Source: Hypanus sabinus (Eukaryota). From it: a stretch of 64,000 bases of DNA. Numbering within the stretch: position 1 is the first letter of the stretch; each line of letters starts with the position of its first letter. A program made the translations under genes and the position numbers. Positions 40,776 to 53,259 of this stretch are shown here, piece after piece. The notes beneath the pieces are model-generated. The model saw only the letters and a program-made list of their open reading frames with translations, was not told where the DNA came from and did no database searches. The stretch is taken from positions 16,616,001-16,680,000 of the forward strand of contig NC_082729.1 of NCBI RefSeq assembly GCF_030144855.1, read 5' to 3'.

Positions 40776-40878
40776 AGCTCTACCCTTTAGTGCCATGACA
40801 ACCCCATCCCATCCTTCCCCTAGTACTTCAGTGTCTGCGTCCTGCGTTTGGGTCCATCCGGCCCCTCCTGACAGTAAG

Positions 40879-43800
40879 GTGTTGTCGAGGTGGGTATACT
40901 TACTATATTTAAAAGTCATTTTGCCAGGTACATTTATAAGAAAGTTTTAAAATGATATGGACTAAACCGAGGCTGAGTTTAGCTCGGGTCAGCAACCTGA
41001 TTGGCAGGGATGAGTTGGGCCACAGGGCCTCTTTCCATGTTGCAGAAATCAATGACTATATTTTGGGGTTAAACTAAGGCAGGATGGACACAGTGAATGG
41101 CAGGGTCCTGTGAAATGTTGCTGAACAGATAACTTGTGGATCCCTACCTCAACCACTGCCATCATTGTTTGTGAGAGAAATTTACCTCTCAGGACCCCTT
41201 GAACCTCCGTACTGTCACTTTAAACATTTGTTCTCTAACTTTCAACACCCATACCATGGATGTCTTTCTATTTATCCAATCTATTCCTTGAATTGATTGG
41301 ATATTCCCTAACTCTCATGTCACCTCTCATCCCTTTCACTACAGCAAAGTCAAACCAAGCTTCATCACATCATGTCTGTAGAGTGGTGACAAGAACTGTA
41401 CACAATATTCCAAATGCAGCCGAACCAACTTGTACATCTAAAACATGACACCAGAACACTTATACTCAACTCTATGGCTGATGAAATAGGCAGACCACAC
41501 ACCTTCTTCACAACACTGTCAGCCTGTGATGCCACTTTTAGGAACTGTGTAACAACACCTGGGGCATCTGCAAAACTACTTAAATTAACAAGGCATAGAG
41601 GGATATGCAATTAATGCAGGCAAGTGGGATTAGTATAGGTGAGCAGATGTGATGGGCCAAAGGGCCTGTCTCTGTGCTGTACAACTCTATGATTTCATAA
41701 CACTCTACCACTGCCTGCAGTGACTTTGGCTGCCTTGGACCTCAGCTCTGGGTTTGTCTCACTGAACCTCATGTCCTCTGAGATAATACAGGGAGCATCA
41801 CACTGTAATTGACCTGTCAGTTCTCTCTCTTAATATTATCCATTTCCACCTGAACCTTTCCTATTGATGTACCTATCTAAATGCCTTTTGAATATTGTAA
41901 TTATACCCACTTCTACCACTTCCCGTTGCAGCTTGTTTCATCTACCCACCACTCTTTGTGTGAAAGAGTTGTCCCTCATGTCCCCTCTCTACTTAAATCT
42001 TTGCCCAAGAGTTTTAGACTCCCCACATGTGAAAAAAAGACTATAATCATTCACCTCAACGATACCCCACATGATTTTATACACCTACAGACTCACTTTG
42101 AAAGTCTCTACAAATCATGTTACCAGATTGATTGATTGATTTGCGGAGTTTCTTTTACACATTGGTTCTTTGTCAATCTTTGTGTGTAGTTCTTCACTGA
42201 CTCAATTGTATTTTTTTGTTCTGTTGTGAATGCCTGCAAGAAAATCTCGGTGTAGTATATGGTGACTTCGATAATAAATTTTACTTTGAACTTTTCACCT
42301 TCGAAGATTGGTAGAATATGGATGGAATAAAGGAGTATCAATGAACACTGGAATATGGATCAGGTAGGTGTGGCAGGAGACAGTTCTGTGGAGTCTTCCA
42401 TTGACATATGAATATAAAGGGACTGGAGTGATATAGATGATAAACAGGAGGGCATGTAGTATAATCTGGCATCAGAGTTAGCAAAATATTAGGGGCTGAA
42501 TAGCCTGTGTTATTTTATATTCCTAGAACTCAAAAAGGGAACATGAAATGTCATGAGGAAGATTAAGGAAAATCCAATGGTATTTTACACACATGTTTAA
42601 AACAGGATGATTTCTGAGGTGAACATGGGATCTCTCAAGGATGAATGAGGAAATTTCTGTCTGAAGCAAGAAGTTGTGGGTGAGATTATAAATGAGTACT
42701 TTGCATCTTTGTAACGGCAGATGACACTGAATGCAGACAAGTGTGAAGTGTTACACTTTGGGATGACAAACCAGCGTAGGACTTACACAGTGAACGGTAT
42801 AGCACTGAGGAGTGTGGTGGAACAGAATGATCTGGCAATACAGATGCATAATTCTTTTACCACACATAAAGATAGTTGTAAACATAGCTTTTGGTAGATT
42901 GGTTTTTATAAATTAATATGCAGTACAGCATTTGGGATGTTACGTTAATGTTTGTAAGACATTAGTGAGGCCAAGTTAGCCGTTGGGATCACCTACTTAC
43001 GGGGAAGATATCAGTAAGATTGAAAGATCTCAGAGAAAATTTGCAAGGATGTTGCCGAGATGTTAGGACCTGAGTTATAAGAAAAGGTTGAATTGGTTAG
43101 GATTTTATTCCATGCAGCGTAGGAGAATAAGGGGAGATTTGACAGAATATACAAAATTATGAGCGGTATCGATAGGGTGAGTGAGTGCAGGCATTGTATT
43201 GTATTGTGACAAATGTATTTGAACTTACAGCTATTGCAGGAACATGGTGACAGGCTGTCTGGGTCTGAGAACTCAGTACTCCAGCATATTCAGTGTTTTA
43301 CAACTCTGTCATGGACAGTTCCAAGCCCAGTTGCGAAAGGAGGAGAGTTGGACATGGGGCGAGTAACCCCATCTTTTAAAGCTACAGAAGCTCCAAGGCC
43401 TCATCCTTGGCAGGGGATGGATCCACCAAGAAGATGGACTACCCATCGGGACAGTTTGAAAGATTGGCCCTAGACAGAGGATTCTTGTGAGCTATTGACA
43501 ATGGTCTCTGTCTCAGTAGGGGTGCTGGCCTTAACTAACTAACAATGTTACACATAGATTGGGACAAGGGAAAGGAGGAGGGTGGGCTTGTTCATCATGT
43601 AGTTCATCATGAAGATGGTTGCTTCTTCATGGGAGAAAGCATAAAAGTGGAAATTATCAAAGGGAGCTGAGAAGAGAACTGTGATTATCATAGGTGAATT
43701 TAATCTCTACATTGATAAAACTAATCAAACTGGCAAGGTAGAATGGAAGAGGAATTTCTGGACTGGTCAGGGATTCTTTCTTACAGCAGTCTGTTACAGA

Positions 43801-44700
43801 ATCTATCCAGGAAAAGGCCATTTTAGATGTAAACTGTATAACGAGATTAATAAGAGATTTTCTGTGAAGGATCCATGAGGGAGAATTCTTCCCAACATGA
43901 CACAGTGTAGACTGCAAGATATAGGAACAGAATTAGGCCATTTGGCCCATCAAGTGTGCTCCACTAGTTCAGCCTGGCTGGACCAACTTCCTTCTCAACC
44001 CCAATCTCCTGCCTTCTCCCTGTATCCCTTCATGACCTGAACAATCAAGAATCTATCTACCTCTGCTTTAAATTTACATTAAGACTTGGCACACACAGCT
44101 ACCTCTGGCAAAGAATTCCACAGATTTACCACACTCTGGCTAAAGAAATTCCTCCTCATCTGTTCTAAAAGGATGCCCCTCTATTCTGAGGCTGTGACCT
44201 CTGATCTTAGACTCTCCCACCACAGGAAACATCCTCTCCACGTCCATTCTATCAAGGCCTTTCACCATTTGATAGATTTCAATGAGGTCGCCCCTCATTC
44301 TTCTGAATTCTAGTGAATACTGTACAGGACCGGAATCATCAAAAACTCTTCATATGACAAGCCATTCAAACCTGGAATCAACACAAGTCCAGAACCAATA
44401 TTCTCAACCTAAATAAAGGCAGTTAAGCGGGTGTAACGTTGGAGTTGTCTAGAGCGGTCGGGTAAGCAGGCTCAAGGACAGATTAGTAGATGACCAGTGA
44501 CAGGTGTTTAAACAGCTGCTTCATAACTTTAAGTAGATATTGACTCCAGTTATACAGAGGGATCCAGGAGAAAGATGAACTATCTGTGGTCAACAAACGA
44601 GGTGAAGGGGAAATATTAAATCAAAGACCAGAGCACAGAAAGAGCGAAAGGTAGACCAGCAGACTGAAAATGCGCCAGGAAGCAGTGCTGGAGACACTCA
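40879..44700. mobile_element. Mixed decayed CR1 and other LINE fragments
   Basis: Several CR1 RT, EN and 3'-tail remnants on both strands (for example IIGEFN, and a minus-strand 3' end at 43915-44380). Confidence 0.65.
43215..43545 (+). mobile_element. Short bipartite RTE-derived non-autonomous element
   Basis: RTE 5'UTR-like aaaggaggagagttggacatggggcgagtaacccc joined to an RTE-like 3' end with a (taac)n tail. Confidence 0.5.
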
Positions 44701-44919
44701 AAATCTAGTAAAACTAGTAGGGAAATTGTCATGAGTTAAACTCAAACCATGAAAAGTGTTCACATTGGGGAAATAGCAAATCTCCCAAATATAATACTTG
44801 TTTGACATTGCAATTCTGCAATAGTTTACAAGAATCACCATCATGAGAGAAAAAACTAATGGGAATAAAAGCAAAACGTCACCAGGTCCCAACGTCCTGC
44901 ACTTGATGGTTTTACAGGA

Positions 44920-44993
44920 ACACGTACAACAAGCTGGAGGAGCTTCTTGTACGTGTTGCTTGGACCACAGCATCTGCAGTGTACTTCGTGTTT
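44920..44993. mobile_element. Miniature Penelope-like insertion with inverted terminus
   Basis: 14-15 bp TSD atggttttacagga(a) at 44906 and 44994; 17-bp inverted repeat; matches the Penelope terminus seen elsewhere in the window. Confidence 0.75.
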
Positions 44994-45124
44994 ATGGTTT
45001 TACAGGAAGTGCCTGGAGAGAAAGTGGAGAGAGAAGTTGAATTTTGTCAAAACTCACTGTGTTCCAGGAAGGCCCAGGAGTTTCATATACGTCTCCATTG
45101 TTCGAGAAAAACTTCAGCCCCGCT

Positions 45125-45349
45125 CCGGACCGTTGCCGGGGAAACGACGTCGGTGAAGGACCATCTGTGACGTCAGCGCGTCCTGGATCGGCAAATCCGC
45201 AGGGTGTCACGTGACCGTGAGACAGCGGCCCGGGAGGTGGGAAAGAGGGAGCTGCCAATCAGAGGAGCTGTTGGGAACCTTGTGAACGTTGTAACTAAAT
45301 CACTGAACCCCTCATTAAAACAAAGAGCGTCGCTGAAGAACATTTGTCA
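45125..45349 (-). promoter_or_regulatory. CpG-rich promoter-like module, copy A
   Basis: X-box GTTGCCGGGGAAAC at 45132 overlapping CCGTTG; CRE TGACGTCA at 45168; GTCACGTGAC at 45206; CCAAT at 45255. Inverted homolog at 48675-48898. Strand is inferred. Confidence 0.65.
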
Positions 45350-45417
45350 AAGTCAAAGTAAATTTACCATCAAACCACGTATATGTCACCCTACCTTGAG
45401 ATTCTTTCCTTACAGGC

Positions 45418-46135
45418 TGAGAAAAGTCCATCTCTCACCACCCCCAATCCTCACCACATTCTACAAAGGATGTATCGAGAGCATCCTGAGCAGCTGCATC
45501 ACTGCCTGGTTCGGAAATTGCACCATCTCGGATCGCAAGATCCTGCAGCGGATAGTAAGGTCAGCTGAAGGGATCATCGGGGTCTCTCTTCCCGCTATTA
45601 CAGACATTTAAACCACACGCTACATCCGCAAAGTAAACAGCATTATGAAGGACCCCACGCACCCCTCGTAGAAACTCTTCTCCCTTCTGCTACCTGGCAA
45701 AAGGTACCGAAGCATTCGGGCTCTCACGACCAGACTGTGTAACAGTGTCTTTCCCCCAAGCCATTAGACTCCTCAATTCCCAGAGTCTAGTCTGAAACCA
45801 ATTTACACACACACACACACCTGAACACCACTCCACTCCCTTTGCAATTTTTGCTTATTTCTTTCTCGATTCCTGCTAAAACATTGTTTACATTTACATC
45901 ATTTATTATTATATTGTAATATGCCCTTTACTGTGCCTATTGTCTTGTTTATTAATTATTGTACTGTCTTGCACTGTTTTATGCACTTTATGTAGTCCCG
46001 TGTAGGTCTGAAGTCTAATGTAGTTTTGTGTTGTTTCATGCAGCACCAGGGTCCTGGAGGAACATTGTTTCGTTTTTACTGTGTACTGTACCAGCAGTTA
46101 TGGTTGAAATGACAATAAAAGCAACTTGACTTGAT
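45418..46135 (+). mobile_element. Rex1/Babar-like LINE 3' end
   Basis: [30 protein letters not shown]; tail gacaataaaagcaacttgacttga. Confidence 0.85.
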
Positions 46136-47129
46136 AAATGCAAAGGGATTCATGACAATTATAAATGGCACAGATTGACAAAAAAATTGAAACTTGAAAG
46201 TTTGCATATTGTGGAATTATTTCAGTGAAGGTTATCCATGCTGTCTCAAGAGTATGACTTGTGGTGATGTGGGACCAAAGACTCCTGTATTTCCTCGCCA
46301 ATGGCAGCAGCCAGAAGAGAACATGGCATCGATGAGGGATGTCCTTGATGACAGATGTTGCTTACTCATGGCAGAACTCCTTGTAACTGAGCTCAATGAT
46401 GGGGACATCTTTGCCTGTGATGAACCGGGCACTTTTTGTAGCTTTACCGTTCCTGGGCATTGGTGTCTCCATTCCAGGCTGTCATACTTTGACAAGTTAC
46501 ACTCCTCTGTGCATGCCAAATTATCTCAAAGTTTTAAATGACATACCGATTATACACAAACTTCTAAGTAAAGCCGCTGTCGGACGTGCCTTTTTGTAAT
46601 GGCACTTACATGCTCGTCACAGGACAGATCCTCTGAAACGATAATGTCAAAGAATTTGAAGTTTGCATTCACCATCTCTGTAACACTCATGAAGTTAGCA
46701 TTCATTTTGAGATGACTAGAATATAAAAGCAAGGAAGTAATGCTGAGACTTTGGAAGGCATTGCTGAGAACACCCTTGAGATATTGTGAGCAGGTTAGGG
46801 ACCCTTATTAAAAAAAGGATGTTGTGGAGGGTCCAGAGAATTTCATGAGAATGACCCCAGGAAAGAAAAGGCTAAGATTTCAGCAGCATTTGATAAATCT
46901 GAGCTGTTTTCACAAGATTAGAAGAACGAGGAGGGAGGGAACTCATTGAAGCCCATTGAATATTGAAAAGCATGGATAGAATAGCTGTGATGAGGATGCT
47001 TCCTATAGCGGGGTAGTCTAGGACTGGAGGACCCCGCCTCAGAATAGAAGAACATACATTTAGAACAGAGATGAGGAAAAATTTCTTTCACCAGAGGGTG
47101 CAGAATCTGTGGAATTCATTGACAAATTG

Positions 47130-47990
47130 GGAGGAGGCCACACAGGGATCAGTGGATACAGTCATTCCCCAGTGGGCATGCAGTGTTTCCTCTCCTGGAG
47201 GGATCTTCTTGTATACTGAATGGAGGTAAGGGAGGAGGTGAAGGGGCAGGTGTGGCGTATGTTGTGCTTGCAGGGTTAAGTACCCAGAGGGAGATCACGG
47301 GGAAGAGTTGAATGAACAAGGGAGTCACGGAGAGCACAACCCCAGCAGCAAGCAGGGTGTGGGGTGGAGGGAAAGATGTGTTTAGCTGTGGGATATCTTT
47401 GAAGATGGCAGAATTGATGGAAAATGAAGTGCTGGATATGAATGGGGTGGTAAGTAAGGACAAGGGGAACTCTATCCCTGTTACGGCTGCAGGCAGACGA
47501 GTGAGGCCGGATGTCTGGGAAATGGACGAGATATGGCAGATGAATGCATCAACAAGAGAGGAAGGCAAACTCCATTCTTTGAAGTAGGAGAACATCTCTA
47601 ATGTTTTGGGAAGGATAGCCTCATCCTGGTAACAGATACAATGGAGATGAAGAAACTGAGAAAAAGGAATGACATTTTGACATGTAACAGGGTGTAAAGG
47701 AATTTAATCGAGATAGCTGTGAGACTCAGAATTTTTATGAAAGATATCAACAGACAGTCAGACTCCTGAGTGGATACAGAGAGATTGAGAAATAAGGGAG
47801 AGGTGACAGAGATGGACGAAGTGAATATAAGGGCAGGGTGGAAGTTGGAGGCAAAGGTGATGAAGTTGACAAGCTCAGCACAGGTGCAAAATGCAGCGCT
47901 GATGCGATCGTCAAAAAAGCACAGAAAAATTTGGGGTGCGTTACCAATGAAGGCTTGGAACATGAAATGAACCGTGTAACCCACTTTCTT
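47130..47990 (-). mobile_element. Penelope-like element RT fragment
   Basis: FFDDRISAAFCTCAELVNFITFASNFHPALIFTSSIS..FLNLSVS is the Penelope YIDD..F..HP.L.FT..FLD region. Confidence 0.8.
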
Positions 47991-48089
47991 CACCAGTATC
48001 TCATCTCAGTGATGTGTATTAGTGCATATCTTCAGACTAGTCCCACATTCCAAGCTGACACCATCTTGTCTTACAAAACTTTCATTTTC

Positions 48090-48371
48090 TGTTACACAGT
48101 TTAGCAGATACCAAGCAGGAGTCAAATGTAACTCTTTCCTTACACACTATCCATTGGTTCCTCATCGGGACCTTATGCAGGAACAAAACACTAGACTAAA
48201 TACAAGTTGCAAGATAACTACAGGAATTATATATATCTTATAACTTAAGCAGAGGAATTATCGCAACATGAATTGCATATGGGTAACAAATCACTGAATA
48301 CAGGAGAGGCCTGAAGCTGCAGCTGCCCAATCTCTTGTTTAAAGCAGTAAGATCAAATAAACTGTGCTACA
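48090..48371 (+). mobile_element. Possible solo LTR
   Basis: TGT...ACA termini with a 14-bp imperfect inverted repeat (tgttacacagttta / taaactgtgctaca) and AATAAA just before the 3' end. No TSD found. Confidence 0.35.
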
Positions 48372-48674
48372 AAACTAATGTAGGACTTTGACAAGATTGA
48401 AAAGGATCCAAGCTGCAACATGCCTGATCCATGTAGACAACAATAAGGTGGACCTATCTTTTCTAAAAATTCAAAAAGCTTTCAGTTCTACACAACTCAT
48501 GTTACAGTATTGTTTATTAATTTGCACGATTTGTCTTTTTTTGCACATGGTTGTTTGTCAACCTGTGCCGTTTATAGGTTTCATAAATTCTGTTGCATTT
48601 ATTTTCTTGTAAGAGCCCACAAGAAAATTAATCTCAACGTAGCAGATGGTTTGATAATAAATTTACTTAGATCA

Positions 48675-48898
48675 TGACAAATATTCATTAGTGACGCTCT
48701 TTGTTTTCATGAAGGGTTCGGTGATTTATTTATAATGTTCACAAGGTTCCCAACGGCTCCTCTGATTGACAGCTGTTCCTTTCCCCTGGCCGGGCTGTTA
48801 CCTCACCGTCACGTGACAGCCTGCGATTTGCCGACCCTGGCGCGTTGACGTCATAGAGAAGGCTCTTTACTGACGTCGTTTCCTCGGCAACGGCCCGG
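48675..48898 (+). promoter_or_regulatory. CpG-rich promoter-like module, copy B
   Basis: GTCACGTGAC at 48808; TGACGTCA at 48846; X-box GTTTCCTCGGCAAC at 48878 overlapping CAACGG. About 80% identical by eye to copy A, inverted. Confidence 0.65.
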
Positions 48899-49059
48899 TC
48901 AGCCCTGGGCGGCAAGGACAAAATCAGTGGGCAGACAGATGGGGATTTAAGCTTTCAATAGCTAAAACTCAAAACATGTTTCACAAGAAGGACTTGCACT
49001 TGAATGGAAATTATATAGTAGGTTACTTGAAGAAGTGTCATCGGTAAGATTTCTAGGCA

Positions 49060-50650
49060 TGTGGATGGGTAGTAATCTGATGTAGAAGCACCGTATCAGT
49101 AAAATAATTGATAAATATTAAATATTTAATATTCTCAGGTGTTAATGTGGATACTACTGAGGTGCTACTCGAAACTCTTTGTTGACCATTTTTATTTGTT
49201 TAATTAGATCTCGTTGATTATGGCTGTGAGGCTTATGGTCAGCTTCATCTTCAATTTTAAAAATGTTTGGATGTGATGCAAGCAAAGGATTTAAGATTGT
49301 GTTGTGGTGGCAAAAAGCGTTCCCTGTTTCGGCTTTACTGGTTGAAATGGAACAATTACCCTTATAATTGCGGAGGTTGAACACGCAGGATTAATCTGAG
49401 GGGCAGAGGAATGATCACCCTGTTAAAGGTGTGGTGAGAATTGTTAGGAATATCAGAAGAAATGTTTTTAGTTTTGGGTAGCTGGGTTCTTATCACACCA
49501 GGAATTAGATGTTTGTTGGATTATGCAATATGTCCTGTAGCTTTCTTGGTAACCCCAATTTGCTTTTTCCATTGACTTTAGTTGATTTTAGGTTACATGA
49601 TTTAATAAAGTCTGAGGATTCTATTATGCCCGAGAGTCTGTTGGTTCATCAATATATTATGGAAAATTATTATGGTATGTTAAACATTTTTACAGAAGGA
49701 TCAGAAGATAATTTATCTGAGAATGTCACTGTGGATGTATTGTGCCTGAATTCCAGGTAATGATAAAAAAACAATGTGCCAATCATTTATCAATATATAC
49801 AACACAGAACTGGTTGCATCATTTGAGGCTTATAGTGGGTGGAGAAAATTTGTCCATGTAAGGTTGTAATTCGTTCAGATTCCTCTTCAGTTTTGATGAG
49901 TCTTAAAACAGTTTATTCTAGTAGAAGGCCAGATTTACTGTTGGAAGCTCATCAAACATTATTTTGTACACAAAGTATCGGTTTATATGTTGGCTTCTTA
50001 AGCGTCCCTGCACAAAAGGGTTTTGAATGAACTGGCTAGGGTGATTGTTTTGCTGAGAAAGCTATTAAAAGTTCAGCAGTGGATATAAACCTCCCATTTA
50101 GCAAATCAGAAGGGGTTGGTAGGATTAAGAAATAGGGAGTAATGGCAAGACTTGTGAGATAATGGGCACAAGGGGAGACTCCTTTACAGAATACATAAAA
50201 ATATAGGGGAAGAGGGTAAAACAAGAAGGGAAGGGTTTATTTTGACTTAACTGAGAATTGGGATATGACGCTTAATTATTCCTTAAGTCTTGTTGGAAAA
50301 CATCACTCTGGGGTGTGTGGGTTTTGTCAGCATTATGAAACAGTTGAACATTCTGTTCCAGTGTGAAGCATATAAGGTTGAAAGAAATCAAATGCAGACT
50401 TCATTACAATCTTTGAGGGTTGATAGTTTTCATTTAAAAGTTGTTAAATTATGAGAGTGACTTTAATTTAATTGTCAACATCGTCTTCCTCTATTTACAA
50501 TCTATTGGGTTTTTGGGGGTAATTTAGCTTTCATTTGAAAGAGAAGTTGTAGGAGTTTTTTTTCACAACTTTCTACACCACACTTCAGTCCAGTGATGGT
50601 AATGCACCTTTAAGTTGGACTGCCAACTGACATAAAAAGTCAGAAGATGA
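49060..50650 (+). mobile_element. Nimb/I-clade LINE 3' part
   Basis: RNase H remnant VVIRSDS..FLSVPAQKG; C-terminal CGFC..ETVEH..C; Nimb-type tail cagtccagt..ggtaatgcacc..gaagatgaag. Confidence 0.75.
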
Positions 50651-50990
50651 AGTGGGGTCATTCTGTACTTGCTGCGTTTTGACGCCACTGTGAGCATCAG
50701 CGTCTTCTCTTCCTGCCTGCTGCCCCAGGGAGTGTAAGCGTCTGTCAGTTCCTTACTGCCCTGGCTCCCTACCTGATGCTTTCCATTCCAATCTTCGGGC
50801 CCACCTGCCTCCTTGGTACTCACCCCTCAATCTCTCTGTAACCTCCTCCCATCGTGATAAACTCTCACAGATCTGCTCTCATCCCTCAGTGGCTCTTTTG
50901 CATCAACTCATCTGCTCCCTTTTCAGATTAGAGACCTGTGACCAGTGGTGTGCTACAGGGATCCGTGCCTGCTGCCCTGTTGTTTGTCAT

Positions 50991-51107
50991 ATTTATACTG
51001 AGTTAAATACTGTATGTAATTAGTTTTGCTACAATAAGTGTATGGGACACTGGAAAAATGTTGAATTTCCCCTTGGGGATGAATAAAGTATCTATCTATC
51101 TATCTAT
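50991..51107 (+). mobile_element. Short LINE 3'-tail insertion with (TATC)n, inside a CR1 fragment
   Basis: Splits the host motif LLFV|YIN; identical to part of 25100-25320. Confidence 0.8.
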
Positions 51108-53259
51108 GTACATTAATGGTTTGGATGTGAATGTTGATAAATAAGTTCACTGATGGTTGCAAAGCTGGTAGTAAGGTCACAACAGGATGTGGATAAACTA
51201 GATGGAATTTAACTCACAGAAGTTCAAAATGATGCACTTTTGCAAGTTAAACGAGGACAAGACTTAGACAATAAGGGGCAGAACCCAGAGAGTGTTGTAG
51301 AACAGAAAGACCTCGGAGAACATGGTTCATTGAAAGTGATAACAGTGTAGACTTGGTGGTGAAGAAGTCCTGTGTCATAAGTCCTTCATTAGGGATCTGA
51401 GTACAAGAGTTATAGTGCATTATTACAAGTGTCCAATATGTTGATGAGACTGGAGTTGAATTGTTGCTGAACAAAGAAAGGAAGTGTTTCAGCAGGAGTT
51501 CCAAGGAGAGACTGGAAATACTGGGTCTGTTTTCCCCCAGAATGTGGAAAGTTGAGCGTTGAGCTTATGTAGAGAATGTTTTCTCTCAGTCCCAGTTAAA
51601 ACCTTTCCCCACTCTCCTTAAATCTGTGCCCTCGAGTTTTAGATTCCTCTGTGCTTGGAAAAGTCTGAGTCCATTCACACTGTCTGTGCCCCTCAGGACT
51701 TTATGTCCTCTAAGTTCACCCCTCATCCTTGTAAGCTCCAGGGGAGAAACACCAACTTATGCTGTGTCTACGTATAACTCAATCCCTCCGTTCCCATAAT
51801 ATCATGGTGAATCACCTCTCCAGTGCAATCTCACCCTTCCTATTGTGTGACACCAGACTGTGCACAATGCTACAGCTGTGGGCCGATTCATGTTTTAAAA
51901 GTCCTTCCAACACTTCTGTTCTGTTCCACAGCTAGTGAAGACTGGCATTCTTCATTCTATCTGCTTCTGCCACCTTTAGGATCTGTGTATCTGTACATTA
52001 AGATCCCTCTATTTCTCAGTTCTCCCTCAGATCCCACCAATCATGGAATGTTGTACCCTTATTTAACGTAAGATAAATGTCTCACAGTTATCAAGATTAA
52101 ATTCTGTGTGGCCATAACAATTTAAATATTTCAGTGCCGCAACAGTCTCTACTGTTGTCACCTACAGTAGCCTGAAGTACATCTAATGAGGCACTGGGGA
52201 TTTATCCACCTTTAGCCCTGCTAAGACATTGTATATCCCCTCCTGTGTTAATCTTCATCTGCTCTGCAATTTCACTGCACCAACTGAAATCTCCAAACAC
52301 AATGCCTTTCTCTTGGTGAATACAGCTGAGAGCTATTTATTTCACCTGTCCACCTCCTCTGGTCCTGTACACAGGGTGTCACTTTGCTCCACAAAAGGCC
52401 CCACTTATTATATTTTGTGACATGTCTTTGCCCTTCTATTTTCTCCTTTCAAACTCTCCACATGTTCACTCCATGATGAGTCTTTCCCTTTTGCATTAGG
52501 AGAGTTTTAGACTCCCCTAAACTTCTTGCCCCTTTCGAGCTTAATGACATTCTTCCTATAAATGGGTGAGTAGAACCACACATAATATATTGTGGTCTCA
52601 CCACTGGCTTGTACAATGACAACATGAAGTCCCAACTCATGTATTCCAAGCCACAATTGATAAAGGCAATGTAGCAAATGTCTTCCTCACCACCCTGTCT
52701 ACGCTTTCAGAGAACTATGTACTTGTGCTCCTTGATCTATTTGTTCTCCAACTCTCTGGAGGTCCCTACTTGTTGCCACAGATACACCTGTGTGTGCCCC
52801 TGTCTAAGAGTTTTCTGTTACTGTTGCTCACCAAAAGCACAGAACAGTACAACTTAGGAACAGGTCCTACTTCCCACGATGACTCTACTGAACACAATGC
52901 CAAATGCAACTGGTATTTATCAAGGATAAAGGGGAAGCATTTGCTTAGATTTGGAGAATTCGTGTGAAGTATTTAATGAGTACGTTGCTTCCGAATTTAC
53001 CACGTGAAAACTTATGGAAAACTAGGAGATCAGTGCCAAGTGTATAAATATGTTAGGGGATTTAGAGGTCAAGGAGGAGGAAGCATTGAGTCGCCTCATG
53101 AGTATTAAGGTGGATAAGTCCCCAGGGCCTGATGAGATTTACCCCGGTATGCTGTACATTTGCAGCAGAATCTCCCTGCTCTTCAATTGAAAACCTCTCG
53201 CAATGAAGGCAGACATTCCTTTTGACTTTTTAATAACCCACTGAGCCTGCAAACCAACC

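Larger units (their letters stand above)
38659..40873 (+). mobile_element. Solo LTR (Gypsy-like), 2215 bp, expanded by internal tandem repeats
   Basis: Inverted termini TGTCAGG...CCTGACA; perfect 5-bp TSD GTAAG (38654-38658 and 40874-40878); TTTATAA at 38813; 3' motif tcctgcgtttgggtcc; splits a CR1 3' end. Confidence 0.88.
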
